NCBI GenBank assembly: GCA_009103225.1
Contig: RHPI01000810.1
Span: 1,496,190 to 1,560,189 of the forward strand
Length of the DNA stretch: 64,000 bases
Reading direction: 5' to 3'
From: Chlorokybus atmophyticus
Taxonomy: Eukaryota > Plantae > Mesostigma and Chlorokybus algae
The first letter of the stretch is position 1. Each line of letters begins with the position of its first letter. Both the position numbers and the translations under genes were made by a program. Positions 1 to 16,617 of the stretch are shown here, piece after piece. Below the pieces are notes generated by a model, which saw only the letters and a program-made list of their open reading frames with translations, searched no databases and was not told the DNA's origin.

Positions 1-599
1 GGGGGGGGGGGGGGGGGGGAGGTTGTGCCAGTCAGTATCGCGCTGAGCTGTAGGAAACCCTAGAAAAACAGCCAGCCGCCGCCCACCTGCACGCTTTTCC
101 ATGGCCGAATTGTTGCAGCACAGCGGCACAACCTTGTCCTACGCTCAGCGACAGTGTGGGACGATGGGGCTGACTGGCAGCAAAGTGCTTGGCTTAATTG
201 TGAACCACTCTCAACCTCCCTTCCCCCTCCTCTCCCCCGCCGTCAGCAGCACGCAGGCGGTACCTACTTCGCCGCCTCCTCCAGCTTGTGGGCGGCATCA
301 TCAGCAGTAGTGGCGGCAAGGCAGTGCATCATGCACTGTGCATGGCATGGCCGGCTGGAACTTATCTTGTGCGTAAACCTGTACATGCTGACGTGTGCAA
401 GTCGCAAACCGCGGCTTGCACACGTCAGCAAGTAAGCACAAGCGACTTGCGGCTCGTCTCCCTGGTCCGTACACTACACTGAGTGCAGTGTGGTACCGTG
501 CGTCTGCGCAAGTTGGTACATTGTGCCGCACCACACGTACCAGGTGTGGCGCATTGCAATTTTGTACTCATGTACCGTGTTTGCCCCGGTTCGAAAGCC

Positions 600-820
600 G
601 CGGGTGGGACGACCAGCCTTGGTCCTAGTGGTTGGACCGCGTGCTGAACCAGTGCTGCCCTGGCTCATAGACCGCGGGGCACGCGACCAGCCCTGGTTCG
701 GTGAATCGGACCATATCGGCGGGCTCCGGGGCCGGACCAGTCGCGGCACCGGTACGCTGCAGCGTACCGGACGTGGTCTGCGCGCCGCCTCCGCCTGGTC
801 CGCGCGTAAAAACCCCTGTG
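600..820. repeat. Terminal segment of a non-autonomous DNA-transposon-like element ending AAAAACCCCTGTG; second copy at 6290-6563
   Basis: Alignable by eye to 6290-6563 (e.g. ccagtgctgccctggct, gaccagtcgcggcac, cgtacc(a/g)gacgtggtct, taaaaa(c/g)ccctgtg). Similarity stops at the same base in both copies, where retroelement coding sequence resumes. Confidence 0.6.
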
Positions 821-1705
821 CATTAACGGCCTGGCACCCAAGCGAGTGATGTTGGACACCGGAGCACAGCCTGTCATCATCGGGCGCTTCCTAGCGCGGT
901 CCCTCGGCATAACCAGCTCCGACTTGGTGCCTTGCCCGTACGTGTTGGACACTGCCATAGGTAGCCGAGATAAGGTGATGGGAGTCACCCGGGAGGCCTT
1001 TTGCATTCGGTTAACAGGGCTGGACCCAACCCACACAACCGAGATCGTTCAGCAATGTGTGGTCACCAATGCCGGCTCCTTCGACTTTCTGCTTGGGCAG
1101 GACTTCAACTTCCCTGTGGGCATGGGCCTCGACTGCTGGACAGAGCGGGCGTGGTTTCAGCCACATTGGGATGAGGATGACGGAGAGGTGCAGGGTTTCC
1201 TGCCTCTCGAGTTGGTCTCGCGCACGCGCGCGCAACGCAAAGTGGCTGCCGTGGCCACACGCAGCCACGCCCGCACACGGGAGGCTGCAACGGCCACATA
1301 CGACGGCGCTCGGACGCAAGTCGCTGCTGGTGCCACGGCCCCGTGTCGAACCGTCGACTCCTCTCCCACCCCGTACAACGAGGAGCATGAGGATGCCACC
1401 GTGGAAGTAGCATTACAAGACCCAACTGAACGGCGCTGGCGCGCACAGGTGGACGCACATGTCTTGCTCAGCCATCCACTGATCACCACGCGCTTCCCCA
1501 ACTACCGAAGCCACAACAAGGTGCAGGAGCAGCATATGGTGGCCACCGGAGTGGTGGAGTTCCACACCTTTCGCAGGCAACAGGGCATCACAGTGTTGGA
1601 GCTGTTTGGAGGCATTGGCAGTGGTCTTGCCGCGGTCCTCAACACGGATGTGAAGGTTGTTAAATTCTATTACGGAGACCCAGACCACGTTGCCATCAAT
1701 AAGTG
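821..1705 (+). pseudogene. Retroelement pol fragment: retropepsin-type aspartic protease followed by the start of a C5 DNA methyltransferase, truncated
   Basis: ORF 846-1724 has the protease motif MLDTGAQPVIIG...FDFLLGQDF, then VLELFGGIGSGLAAVL (C5-MTase motif I, FxGxG) at ~1593-1640. The reading is cut at 1706 by a TA-CAGTC junction. Confidence 0.8.
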
Positions 1706-2400
1706 TACAGTCGCCGGTACCTAACTATTAGGTACCGGTTAGTTACTTGTCAGTTAGGTTAAGTCCCTTTTGCTTGACTAATGGGTATCCTTACAAGTAC
1801 CTGTCAGTTGGTCCTTTCATGCAGACAATCGTCGATTGATGGTAACGGCCGTTATGCTCAGGCCCCTGTATCGAGAACAACGACAGTAAAACTGAGTCTC
1901 CTTAAACCCACGATCGTCTTATATACTTAGTCGCCGTCATTGGTAACATTTTGCGACGACATCACCTTCACGCCCAAGGGCGGTCGTCGTCCGACCTCCA
2001 AGCTATTGCAGATTTGTGCAATGGGTCGCTGAGAGTTGGGAGAAGCTCAACCCCGACATCATACGCAAAGCTTAAAACGTCGGGGATCAGCATTGCATTG
2101 GCTGGCTCTGAGATGATGACATCATTGAGTCTCCGGAAGACGATGAGAAGTTGGTCGGGACGGACGACTGACCTCTTTAACAACATGAGGAGATTGAGCT
2201 TCGTTATGCGGAGCTTGCAGCACGGATGGCCTCGACTAAGGCTGGTTGTGATGTCGGGGAGGCTGCGGTTGAGGCTAATGACGATGAGGGGAACACTCAC
2301 AGCGAGGGAGAGAATGAGGTGGTGCAGGAAGAGGGAAATGATATTGTAGTCATTGATGAGTGATGTTGATAGAATGAATTTTGGACTGAATAGAATGAAT
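1706..2400 (+). mobile_element. Decayed pogo/Tc1-mariner (DDE_1-type) DNA transposon remnant
   Basis: Starts TACAGTCG. Frameshifted translation of 1950-2150 reads FTPKGGRRPTSKLLQIC/QWVAESWEKLNPDIIRKA*..GISIALAGSE.DD, the typical pogo-family C-terminus (W..I....I..SFK.CGIS..LDGSEDD), followed by an acidic tail. Confidence 0.65.
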
Positions 2401-2563
2401 CTTATGCATGGTGCCTTGTGCGACAGTGATTGGTGTTTGTCATGTCCATGATATCATATGCGCATGCTTGTGTCATACAAGCATGCGCATAAAGTGTGCG
2501 AGTGTGCGCGTTTCTGCAAGGAGGAAGAGCGCGCGCGCGCGAGGGGGGGGGGGGGGGGGGGCN

Positions 2564-3076
<513 letters not shown>

Positions 3077-3787
3077 AAGGCAAAGAGCGTGCATGCGTGT
3101 GTGTGGTGGCGCAAGCGTTTGTCTATGCATGTCCACGTGCGCACGCTTGCGCAAGCGTGTGGGGGTTGGTCAATGCCATCCTCGCATCCAACCCGTCCAA
3201 GCTGAGCAGGCCTACCTGGAAGTAGAGTGGCGAGGGTATCGCCAGCATCCCCTCTCTGTCATTCTTAGCACCTGGTCCTTGTAGTCGCCAGCAGTGCTCA
3301 GCTGCTGGCAACAATGTGCCAGCCGCAGCAGCTCTGCAAATGCGTAGGCCGCCTGTGGCACGTTGGTGGTCGCGGCGACCTGCTTCAAGCCAGCGCCTGT
3401 GTCTGTGTATAGTCTTCTCCCATGTATACATACAATACCGCATATGGCATACTAAGAACACAATATGCGCACGCACATGCGGAACACACGGAACAGGCGT
3501 AACATGCACATGCACACTCATGCGCATGCACAGCAACATATGCGACATGTGAGAGTCACCAACCCAGCAACACACGTACACGCTCACTACAATGAGTGTG
3601 TGTGTGCGCATGCACAGTTATGTGCATGCGCACACACACACTCATGCAGTCCACGTACCTGCGTGCACGTAAGCGCATGCATGTGCGTGCATGCTTGTAT
3701 GTGCGTGCGTGTGCATATCTCTTTGAGGAGGAAGAAGGGGTAGGGGGCCACACACCTGTTCACATGCATAGTGTCACGCCGAACTGC

Positions 3788-4505
3788 CTCATAGGCTGCA
3801 CTGGTCAGTGCGGTCTATGAGCTAGCCCATAGCACCTGCCTCATAGGCCGCACTGGTCAGTGCGGTCTACAACCCAATTAGCCAGCCTTATAGGCTGCAA
3901 TGCATAGTGCGGGCTATAACCCAACAAGAGTGTGTATGTGTGTTCGTGCGTGACAAGGAGCCATGCATGCGCCTGCCTGTGTGGACAGTGCGGTGTATGA
4001 GCCCAATTGTAAATGAGTGCGTGCACACTTATACATGAGCAATGTCGCACGCACGCACGCACACTCAGCGCATCGTGAAGATTGCGGAGAGCACAGCCAG
4101 CTGGGGCGACGTAGTGCTTGCCTAGCAGAGCCGTGCCCACTACAAACTTCTCGATTTTCAGCGGCGGCCTCATTGCCAGCTTGGGGAGCAGTTCGCATAC
4201 CTGCACGTGTGCGTGCGAGTGAGAGCATGCATGTGCACCGTGCACGCGGCACGTCCATATGCGCATACGTGCGTGCTTGTATGCGTGTGCACATGAAGGA
4301 GGAAGCGCGGGGGGGGAGGGGAGGCAGCACACCCGGTTCACATGCATAGTTTACATGCAGAACTTCCTCGTAGACCAAACTGTCCAGTGCGGTCTATGAG
4401 CAAGTCTACAGCAACTGGCTCATAGGCTACACGGGACAGTGCAGCCTATGAGCCAGCCTACAGCAACTGGCTCATAGGCCGCAGTGTCCAGTGCAGTCCA
4501 TGAGC
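3788..4505. repeat. Array of palindromic ~34-bp units (CTCATAGGCCGCACTG-nn-CAGTGCGGTCTATGAG) in two clusters
   Basis: Units at ~3788, 3839, 3886, (3957), 4362, 4409, 4461, spaced ~50 bp within clusters. Cluster flanks (3720-3770 vs 4290-4350) are also duplicated. Confidence 0.75.
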
Positions 4506-6289
4506 CGATTGTAAGAAAGAGTGTGCATGTTTGTTTGTGCATGCGTGCGTATCCAAAAGCACATGCATGCTTGCATGCACATGCCCGTGTGCGCGCTTGC
4601 ACGTTCACACACACATCCTCCCCCTCCCCCTTTCCTTGCCCCTCTGCTCACCTGCTGTTCAGCATTTGCCCCTCGTTGTAGCGCCCCCCAGTCCCGCGGA
4701 GCAGCAGCGTCAGGCTTCCTCCACCAACCCCCATCACATTACTTCCAGCCATGGTGATGCATAACCTTCTGCGCGTGCACGCATGCGTGGCTGCATGGGT
4801 GCGTGTGCATGCGTGTTACCCGAGCCATTGACTTGGGTGGTGTAGAGTCGTGCTGACATGGCTAGGATGGCACCAGCTTTATTCCTTCTTGCTGCAATCA
4901 CGACTGCATCTGCTGGAGTCTGCCATCCTTCAGTGACGCTGGGGGGCCTTGTATACAAAGTCAGTAACATCCCGAGAGCACACATGAGCCACACAATCAG
5001 TCATGGAACATACACGCACGCGTGTACCTCTTGCATGGCCGCCTGTTCAGAAGGAAAGTTGTCATCAACGGGTCCAACCATCTGCACAGATTGATGTCCA
5101 GCCTGTGACCTGAAATGCACAATTAGCACCATTATGTACGCATGCACTGCTACAAATGAGAGCACGTGCAAACACAAAGCTTACTCTACAATTCGCAATT
5201 GCTTCTTATGTCTACATGTGGAAGACTTTGCTGGTTGCAATTGTAGAGTCATGCAGTTGAAAGCATTCGTTGCTTGGCATTTAAACTCTGCGGGGTTGCC
5301 TCCAACTCACCGCAAGTTGCAAGGTCAGTTGAATCTGGAGCTGCAACATGACACATAAGTATGTACATGTCGTTGGCTAATATCAGTTGTCACGTGCCTG
5401 CCAAACTGCTCAGGTAGTGGATAGGTAGCGGATCAGCAAGTGCACAACCAAAGCCATGAAGCAAGCATGTACCTACCTGAATGCAATGAACTTCGTTTGC
5501 AACTGATCCAGCAAAATTGCCCTGCACGGTTGTGGATTGACATCACCTCCGAGAATAGATGAGTCACCTGAACAACAACGAGATTGATTGTGCATGTGCG
5601 TACACGAGCAACGCTGGTTGCTCAACCCACATCATTCTGTGCAAGCATGCAAACTGCTCTGACACAGGACAAAGCGGCTGTAGCTACTGCTGCGGTTGAT
5701 GCCATTGCTGCTCAGACTGTTGTTGATTTGCACTCGTGAAGTTATCGCAGCAGCAGCAGCAGTAACATCAAGTAACATCACAACCATCTCAACTACCACC
5801 ATTGTAACAACAATGACACAAACGACAACATTGCCAAACTGTGGTCTGCAACAATGGCAGCAGCACCGGCAATGTGAGCCGCTGCACAGTAGCGGTTAGA
5901 GCTTAAGCGTAGCTGCTCTTACCAATGCCACCGACAAAAGTAGCTTACAGCAAGCCATGCAATGCAATGAAGCTTCGACACCAGCGTATGAAATAGGCCT
6001 ACCCTCAGCACCGCCGCCTCTAGCTCCAGAATTTTGCGCTTCGGAGCTTGCCGTTTGCAACGCAATGCCGCAAGCAGTGCCTCAATGCGACCCATAGCAA
6101 CTAGGGTTTCAGCATAGGATAAGTACAGTTTCGTACTTACCGCTCTGCTGCTGACGTGTGCAGGACCGCGACCAAATGCCAGATGGTCATTGCATAGCAT
6201 TGAACAGAAGGACGCGCGGTACTTGCCATGTCAGGTCCCAAGTCAACGTTGGTGTACGAACCAGACCTGGTCACAGCAACTGTCACTTG

Positions 6290-6563
6290 GTGTACCAGTG
6301 CTGCCCTGGCTTATAGGCCGCAGGGTATACGACCAGCCCTGGTCCTACTGCTCTAGCCGCGTGCTGACCAGTGCTGCACTGGGTCGCAGGCTGCGGGGCC
6401 CGTGACTAGCCCTGGTCCGGTCTATGGGACCATGCCGTTGGCTCCGCGGCAGGACCACCGGTGGTCCGATCATGCTGGACCAGTCGCGGCACTGGTACGC
6501 TACAACGTACCAGACGTGGTCTACGGGCTGCGTACGACTGGTCCGTGCATAAAAAGCCCTGTG
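6290..6563. repeat. Second copy of the CCCTGTG-ended element terminus, with internal ~65-bp subrepeats
   Basis: Homologous to 600-820; interrupts the minus-strand gag-pol reading at 6563. Confidence 0.6.
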
Positions 6564-9500
6564 ATGTCACGAGATGGGCTCGAGCGGCGCTGCCCTCTCG
6601 CATCCCCATCATCTGTCTTAATGTGTTGCCCTCAGGCCTGTGCAGCATGACTGCTTGTCGGATGAGTGCGGTACGGAGTTGTTGCTCCCCCACCATACCA
6701 GCTCCTCCTTGTTGTGTGGTGTCCCCTTGCGGGGTGAGGTACCCTCGCCCTGCATCGCGTTGATCCTCAGGCATGTCTTCGACCAAAGGAGGCAGCAGCG
6801 GGGCGATTACCCCCCGCAATTGTTGTGCCAATGCCCTCGCTTGGTCTGCAACAATTGCTTGTCTTGGCTGTGCGATGGCGACTGCCGTGAAGTGCCCTGT
6901 GGTCAGCGCCGTGGAGGCGCTGGCAACATTTGCCGGCGCTACGGCTGGTACGGCAACGGCGTGTGCTGCTTCGTACGCGTGTCGGCGCGCGTCCACTTGG
7001 GCAGCTTGGTCCACCTGATAACGATGTGCCTATTCAAGGGCAGAGAACCGCGCTTGACGGCTGCCTAGAGTGAGCCCTCGGAGAGCTGGATCAGTGCCCA
7101 GCGCGATGTCTGACATGGTGACCACGAGGTCTTGTATTTTGCGGCGCTGGAGTCCGAGTGCGTCCAATGGTGAGGGCTCGAAGCTGATCTGTTGAGCGGG
7201 CATGGGTTGCCGCGTTGGACTAAGTGCGCCCTGCAATCTTGCGTGTAATGCCAAGAACAACTAAACGGCCAGCTCTAACACTGCAAGTCGCCGGTAGGTG
7301 ACCCGGAAGAGACGATCCCTCATCTCCGGTGCAGTGCCAGCGAGGATTTCATCCTCCAGCTGCTGTTGTGTGGGTTCCGGCAGTGTGCGGTATTCTGGAG
7401 GTGGTAGGGGCAAGATGCGATCATCGCGTGCCACACGCATGGTGCGTTGCCCCCCTGGTCCGTACGCAATAGTGGTGGGCTCCACGTTGCGTAGAACGGA
7501 CGCCCAGGCGCGTTCTGCTTGTGGTCCGCGTGGCACTTGCTATGTGACATCAAGTGCTGGTGGTGGTGCTGTGCGAATCTCAGGTAGTGGTGCAGTGGGT
7601 GTGGCAGCACTACTGGAGGCGATGGTGGTGGCACCTGCAGCAGTCGTCATTAATAAGGTGGCGGCTGTGAGGGTGGCAGCAGTTGTGGCCGATGTGGTCG
7701 CTTCAATGGAGGCAGGAGTGGTGGATTCACCACCCACGAACCCAACGACCATGGTTGTTGCGGCGTTGGTGCGTACCATCACCGGGGACAGCGTGGTGCC
7801 AAGAGTGCTGGCACCTGCTGTCGCGGTCGGTGTGGATGCCAACGGTGTCGTCGACGGCGTCATCCCAGCGGTTGTTGTGGCTGCCGAGGCAGCACCACTT
7901 GTGGCGTCCGATGATGCCGCTGTTGACGACGCGCCAGCTTCCCTGCGCGCACGTCTTGATGGTTGTACGCGTGACGGCGTGGGAGTGTCCCTATCCTGTT
8001 TTGGTGCCATCAGCGCCCACCTAGCAGCATAGCAGGCTTGATAGTCCTGCTCCTTGTTCTCCTCCAGCTGTGCCACGCGCGCCATCAGGGCTGCCACTTA
8101 GTCAATAGCTGGTGGATTGGCTGGTGCCTTTACAGCAGCAGCCCCAGCGCGAGGACGTCCCTCAGGTCCTTCGTGCTGTGGAGGGCGGTTTTTCCCTCTG
8201 TAGCCAGCTTCTTCCTTGCGGGCCCCGGCGTTGTTGTTGTTGTTGGGGTTGTGGCCACCAGCGTTGTTGCCATTGTTGCGACCACCAGCGTTGTTGCTGT
8301 TGTTGTAGCCGCCAGCGTGGTTGCTGCTGTTGTAGCCCCCGTTGTTGTTGTTGTTGGTTGCCGCGGTAGCCAACAGCATTGTTGCCGTTGTTGTAGCCAA
8401 TAGAGGGCCGCAGCTCAGAGAACTTGAGCCAGCATACTGTCTCCAAGTGTCCCGTCTTGTGGCAGTAGTCGCACACAAGGGTGCCGTAATCTTCGGTGCT
8501 CCTTTTAATAGTGGCCATGCCGACCAGACAGGTGGCACAGCACTGGAGCCATAAGGGCAGCATAAGCTGACCGTTTATCCTTGTTGTGGATGCATTGCGG
8601 CTCTCGACTGCGGTCCCGCCGAAGGGGCTCTGCACTTGTGCCGACCATAGGCCGCGAGGCGCTGCGGTTGGTGTCCAACACTGCTTCTCATACTCCGCGC
8701 GCTTATGGATGGCTTGTGCAGTCTTGAAAGCCTCCTTGAGGTTGTAGCCGAGGGGCCTGCTGTAGTTCAGCGTCAGGCGCATCGACTCGCTCAGGGTGGG
8801 ATCCAACTCGGCCACATACACCACTGCTGCCGCCTCCTCATTGACGATCTTGTAGTCAGTGTCTTAAAGCAACCCTTCCAAACCGCGAATACAGTCGGAG
8901 AGGGTCCTTGTTGGGCTTCCGTCGAAAACGCCTCAACTCCTCCACCTTGCTTTTGGTCTGAGGTGGGAAGGTGCGCCGGAGTGCGGCGTGGAGGTCCTTC
9001 AACGGGGAGTCCGACATGGCAGCGCCCACCATAAGCGCGGGTGCACGCAACGCCACTAAGCCGAGGGTGAAAACACTGCCTCCCGCTGGAGCACGCGAGT
9101 TCGATGTTGGTAGCAGAGGCGTACCTATCTCCAATGCTGCAGCTTGCTGCTCCTCTTGTTGCTCCCTGATGATGGCAGCGGTGCGGTTGAGTATCCTGAT
9201 CCGGCGCTCGGCCTTCTTGCTTTCGATCTCTGCAGGAGTCAATGGGGCCACTACCACCTCAACTTCTTTATTCTCTGCCTTTACCATGGCTGCAGCTAGA
9301 GTGAGACCCGTGACTGAGGCTGGCGGGGCCGCTGCTACAGGGACAGTAACCGATGGGCTATGCAGTGACGTGGAGGCTATGGTGCTGGCCAACTCGCCAT
9401 AGCCATCAATCTTGTGCAACTCAGCAACGGACTTCCACACATCATGTGCTTCGTGATCAAGGTATTGAGCGGACACATGAAACAATACCTCATCTGTCCA

Positions 9501-10643
9501 GTCCTTGCTCTTGAGGGCTTGCTGCCGCATCTTAGAGTGGAACTTGATGATGAACTCGTCAAGTGAGGTGATGCCAGGGCGTCCGGAGCGTAGGGAGTTG
9601 GTTGAGCTGGAAGGCTTCATCTCCTCGTCGTCACCGTCCGACGGTGGTGGAGATGCTCGCTGTCGAGGAGTGGAGTGAGAGGAGGTGAAGCCGGAGACGG
9701 GGCGTGAGCCTCTGCTGCTACGGTAATCGCTCCCTTCACTTGCGCGCTCGTAGGTAAGGTTGGAGGTTGGGCTCCAGCTGCTGAGGTTCCCTTCTTCTAT
9801 TGGCGAGAAAGGGGTGGGCCTGCTCATACAGCTGATGGGATGGTGAAAGTGGATGAAGGGTAGAGTGTTTGTGCTCTACAATGGGATCTCCAATGCTGCT
9901 ATCACCCAACACACTAGCGCTTGTGCGCGCTATGCGATGACAGTGACAACAATGCACAGCGATGTGTACAACTACAGATTGCGATGCTGATGTGTAGCCT
10001 GCAACTACACTCACTTGAGCAAAGAGGGTGACACTGTGAGTCAACAAGCCACTACTATAGGTAGCGCTACTTACACAGTTCTTTGCATGAGTGGCAGAGA
10101 GATTACACTGTTAAGTGAGGTGAATGAGCAAGCAACACGTAGATGCTATGCCCTGACTGATGCCAACAAGCACACCGCAACCAAGTACACCAAGCTCACA
10201 ACAAGGACAAGCACAGTGCACACGAGCATGCACAGGCTCTCACATGGTGAGGGGATTCTTGGGACTTGGGACGGCGTGTTTCGTAGTTCAAGTCGCTTTA
10301 CAAGCTCTTAGCTTTCTCACTCACAGTGTCACCAGCTAATCCGGTGAACACTGTGCCTACTTATACAAGTCAACTCATGACTGTTCAGAACATAAGCTAA
10401 CGGTCATATCGAGGCTATTTCCACAAGAAAACCCCACTCGATATAGAACCCAACTTATAACTGAACTCACAACTGAACAACTACGCGCGTTGCCTATGTA
10501 GGCTATGGTCATGAGCTACTCTAGAGACATGACCTAGCTACTGGTCAGTGACGCGCGCGGGTCGCCATGCTGGTAAGCCGGGCGAGGGTCTCGCTGTAGG
10601 CATGCCCGATGAAGACTGACATGCCCGGGTGATAGGCATGACA
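6564..10643 (-). mobile_element. Retroelement copy A: upstream region plus gag-like ORF with CCHC zinc knuckle and Asn/Gly-rich tail (Ty3/Gypsy- or DIRS-like), frameshifted and truncated before the protease
   Basis: ORFs 9827-8856, 8824-8162 (VCDYCHKTGHLETVC knuckle), 8097-7540 and 7536-6564. The upstream 9860-10640 region is the reverse complement of 57050-57860 and 54370-54680. Confidence 0.75.
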
Positions 10644-13474
<2,831 letters not shown>

Positions 13475-14080
13475 AGGGTCCTGTCGCCCAGCATCGTTGC
13501 CTTCTTTTGCTGCATCATCATCATCAACATTTGCAATGCCATGCAAGTGTGACCATTCTGTTATGTTGTGGCACACTGGCTATGCACAAGTGTTGCAAGC
13601 ATACAAAATACTTACCATGCTCAACTTGCTTGTTTAAAGTCTCGCGCATCGACTTCTCAAACTTCTTCGCCAACTTGTTGATAGTGGTGTCTATGCTTGA
13701 ATAGGTGGTTGCCTGTACCTTGTTACGCCACACGGCCTCCCAGGCATCTTTTTTCGGCTCATCCGTCCACTAGAAGTTCGGGTTGTTTGCGAGGTCCACG
13801 ATGAACTGCATGAGAAGAAAGCCTTTATTGGAGTCACAACACAGAACAACAGCATGTCAGAACAGCAGCAACAGCAACCACATAAGAGGACATGAAACGT
13901 AAGATATTGCCTGAGTGCTAGCTGCAAGCAAACAAATGCAACATAGCAGAGAAATATGACATTGCTTAAGTGCTAGCTGCAAGCAAACAAGTGGCTACCC
14001 ACTCAAGGGGCACGGTGCCCATGGTTGCTGCCTTTTGCTCCCTCACCGCCCGGTCAACGTAACCTCCTCTGTCCGCTCTT
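13475..14080 (-). pseudogene. Spliced fragment of a possible second (accessory) ORF of the CACTA element, cut by the Plavaka end
   Basis: Exon-like NPNF*WTDEPKKDAWEAVWRNKVQATTYSSIDTTINKLAKKFEK followed by a GTAAGT donor; same strand as, and downstream of, the transposase. Confidence 0.35.
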
Positions 14081-14399
14081 CCTTTCCACCGCCTCCCCCT
14101 GCCGCTTCCCCCGCCCCTCCCACCACCCACGCCGCCGCCACATGCGGGAATTAGGGTTTCATACTTGTGGCATAGGAAAAGTGACACATGTGTTTGTAAA
14201 TCGTCACTGCTGCCGGAACTAGGGTTGAGAGGCCTAGTATGTCCCTGCTTATGCATAATGCAAACAATCAGGCTCATTATAGATATTACTATATATATTG
14301 TAAACATACATCTTTTACCCTCAGTCAAAGGCAGCGACAGCAGCATTGTTAGACGCATGTTTTACCTTGCAACTTGTAAGCATTTGCAACCATTAGCTA

Positions 14400-16070
14400 A
14401 GTCTCACTATTTACTTGCCTTTCAATAATTACCACCATCATGGTAATCATTATCAGAAATTGCATTATCTTTGGAGAGGTTTCATCCTCCGTCGTGGATG
14501 AGTCATGAATGCGCGTTCAAGCTTGCCCATTATCACGCACGTGCATCTTGAAGAAGATGTCGTCTGTACTCATTAAAGTATGGCAGTTACGTTAAGATGG
14601 ACTATGCTTGTTCCGAGTGGGGGCTCGAGTTGATTACAAAAAGGAAGTTTCATAGCAGTCTCTTTTTCAAGCATGATGAGCTGGTCCTTGTATGTGGCAT
14701 ATGGAACAAAGAAAATTTGTCTTGTAATCTTGTCATGTTCAATAAACGGCTTAGTTTTGGTAAATGCTGTCTTCCAAACCAAAATCTACCTGTTTCCATG
14801 GTTGAGGGGTGTTTAAGAGAATCAAACCGCTTTACAAACCACTCGACTTTACATCTGTTAATCTGTAAATGACAAAATCAGCCACATCTTATATTTCTAG
14901 CTACGCTCAGCTGCTGGCAATAGCATAGAGACCCACAATATGGACACTTGCGGGTATGTTACATACATTATACGACAATGCAAGGTTGGGATGATTGCAT
15001 TGAATAACAAAGTGTGTACGATGAAACAAATGGAAAAGACCTTTTCCAATAATCCTTAACATGGTAACGTTGCTCCGTTTGCACCTTTTACCAATTGCGA
15101 TCACCCTTCCAACTTCGACAGGTTTATGTAAATGCTGCTTCAACACTAACGTCTGAGCTGATATTGTCATCGTCCACCACGAGCGTTTCGAAATGCTTGC
15201 CTTCAACTACCATATATTTGTAACTCTCCACCTTGGGCGGGCAACTTAAGATAAGCTCTCTCGATTGTCTTCAAGGTCTGGGCATTCTTTTAAGTATCGC
15301 AAGCGAGTCAATGCTTGGAAGCCTTGCGCATCTACCCAAGTGGCCCGCCATTTGTTGCGCATTCGCTTGAGTCTGCTGTTGTTCGTCTCATATTGCCTAT
15401 AAATCAAATAACAGCAACACGTCACAATACATCTATATAATTAGTTAAATAGCATATATTTTACGGCGAGCACATGCACACAACTAGAGCACAATGACAC
15501 AACCCCGTTGCTCACCTGTATAAGTTATCAACCTCCCAAAAGTTGTTGCGCAAACATAGATCTACTTGCTGTCGCTCCGTCTCGTCAACTGCACCAACCG
15601 TCTGATGCCCCTCAAGGCGTGAGTCGGTGCAGACGTTGAAGGCATACTCACTCCAACCTCCAGCATTACCAACTCATCGTCTTGAAGAAGGTGAACACCG
15701 ATTCTCTCTCGTACTAATTGATGCTGACATACTAGCCTCGAGACCTCCGCGACTGACTGCCTTTGATCGCAAAGGGCGCATCTCGCGCTTAGCGTCAAAC
15801 ATCCACGTGTCACGCACAGGACCACACTTAAGGTAGTAGTCATGCACCGTATGCAATAACAGATGCGTAGATATTGTGAAGAAGGAACGTATGGGGGAAA
15901 TCTCGCTGTAGTAAGCAATGCTTCGACAACACCAACCTTGCTGGCTTCGAGCTTGTTTTCATCCTTTAAAAACCCATGCGCTCCCGCCACAGCAAGAGCG
16001 TCTGAAAATCTGATCAAAGTCATCCTTTGCGCACCACCTAGCTTCCTAGAGACGACAGCCGGTAGCATGA
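14400..16070 (-). pseudogene. Decayed CACTA (En/Spm) transposase C-terminal half (DUF4218/DUF4216-like)
   Basis: Translations include ARFPPYVPSS...LKCGPVRDTWMFDAKREMRPLRSKAVSRGGLEAS (cf. FPPSFF...CGPV..RWMYPFER.M..LK) and ESYKYMVVEGKHFETL...TCRSWKGDRN...GLLEKVF...CKVEWF...KPFIEHDKITRQIFFVP, with several stops and frameshifts. Confidence 0.7.
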
Positions 16071-16521
16071 TATTGCCTTAGGAGGTACACTTATTACCTT
16101 GTACTTCGGATTTGCTGCCCATAAGATAGACATAGTACTTTGGTGCTAAGATACATTGTTCGTAAAGCAAACACTGCAGCGAGCAATTTGCAGTTTATAA
16201 ACATGATAATTCAAATTAACAAGCACGACGCACACGGGGCGCGCTCGAACAACTGCCAATCGCGAGTATGTTAAAGAAGGTGACATGGTGTGGGTTTGCA
16301 CCAAATCTTGAGGTGTGAAGGTTGGTGAGAAGCTCTTCCCAAACTACAAGTGGTGCCCTCATTGCCTGTTGTAGATCTCTCGTTGGCAGAGATAATGCAG
16401 TAGCGGTAGTCAGCGACTTATATGTACATAGCAGTTGTAAATCATACTGTCTGCTGTTGCAGTACCTGTGTCTGCTTCAAGTATCATGTTTCCCAGTGTC
16501 ATGTGTGCACATAACAGTTAC

Positions 16522-16522
<1 letters not shown>

Positions 16523-16617
<95 letters not shown>
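16523..16617. repeat. Poly-C run ending in N (probable gap-fill artefact)
   Basis: 95-nt homopolymer followed by a single N at 16618. Confidence 0.85.

Noticed and set aside
3788-4505. Possible CRISPR array
   Set aside because: Eukaryotic context, degenerate repeats, spacers short and related to each other, and no cas genes.
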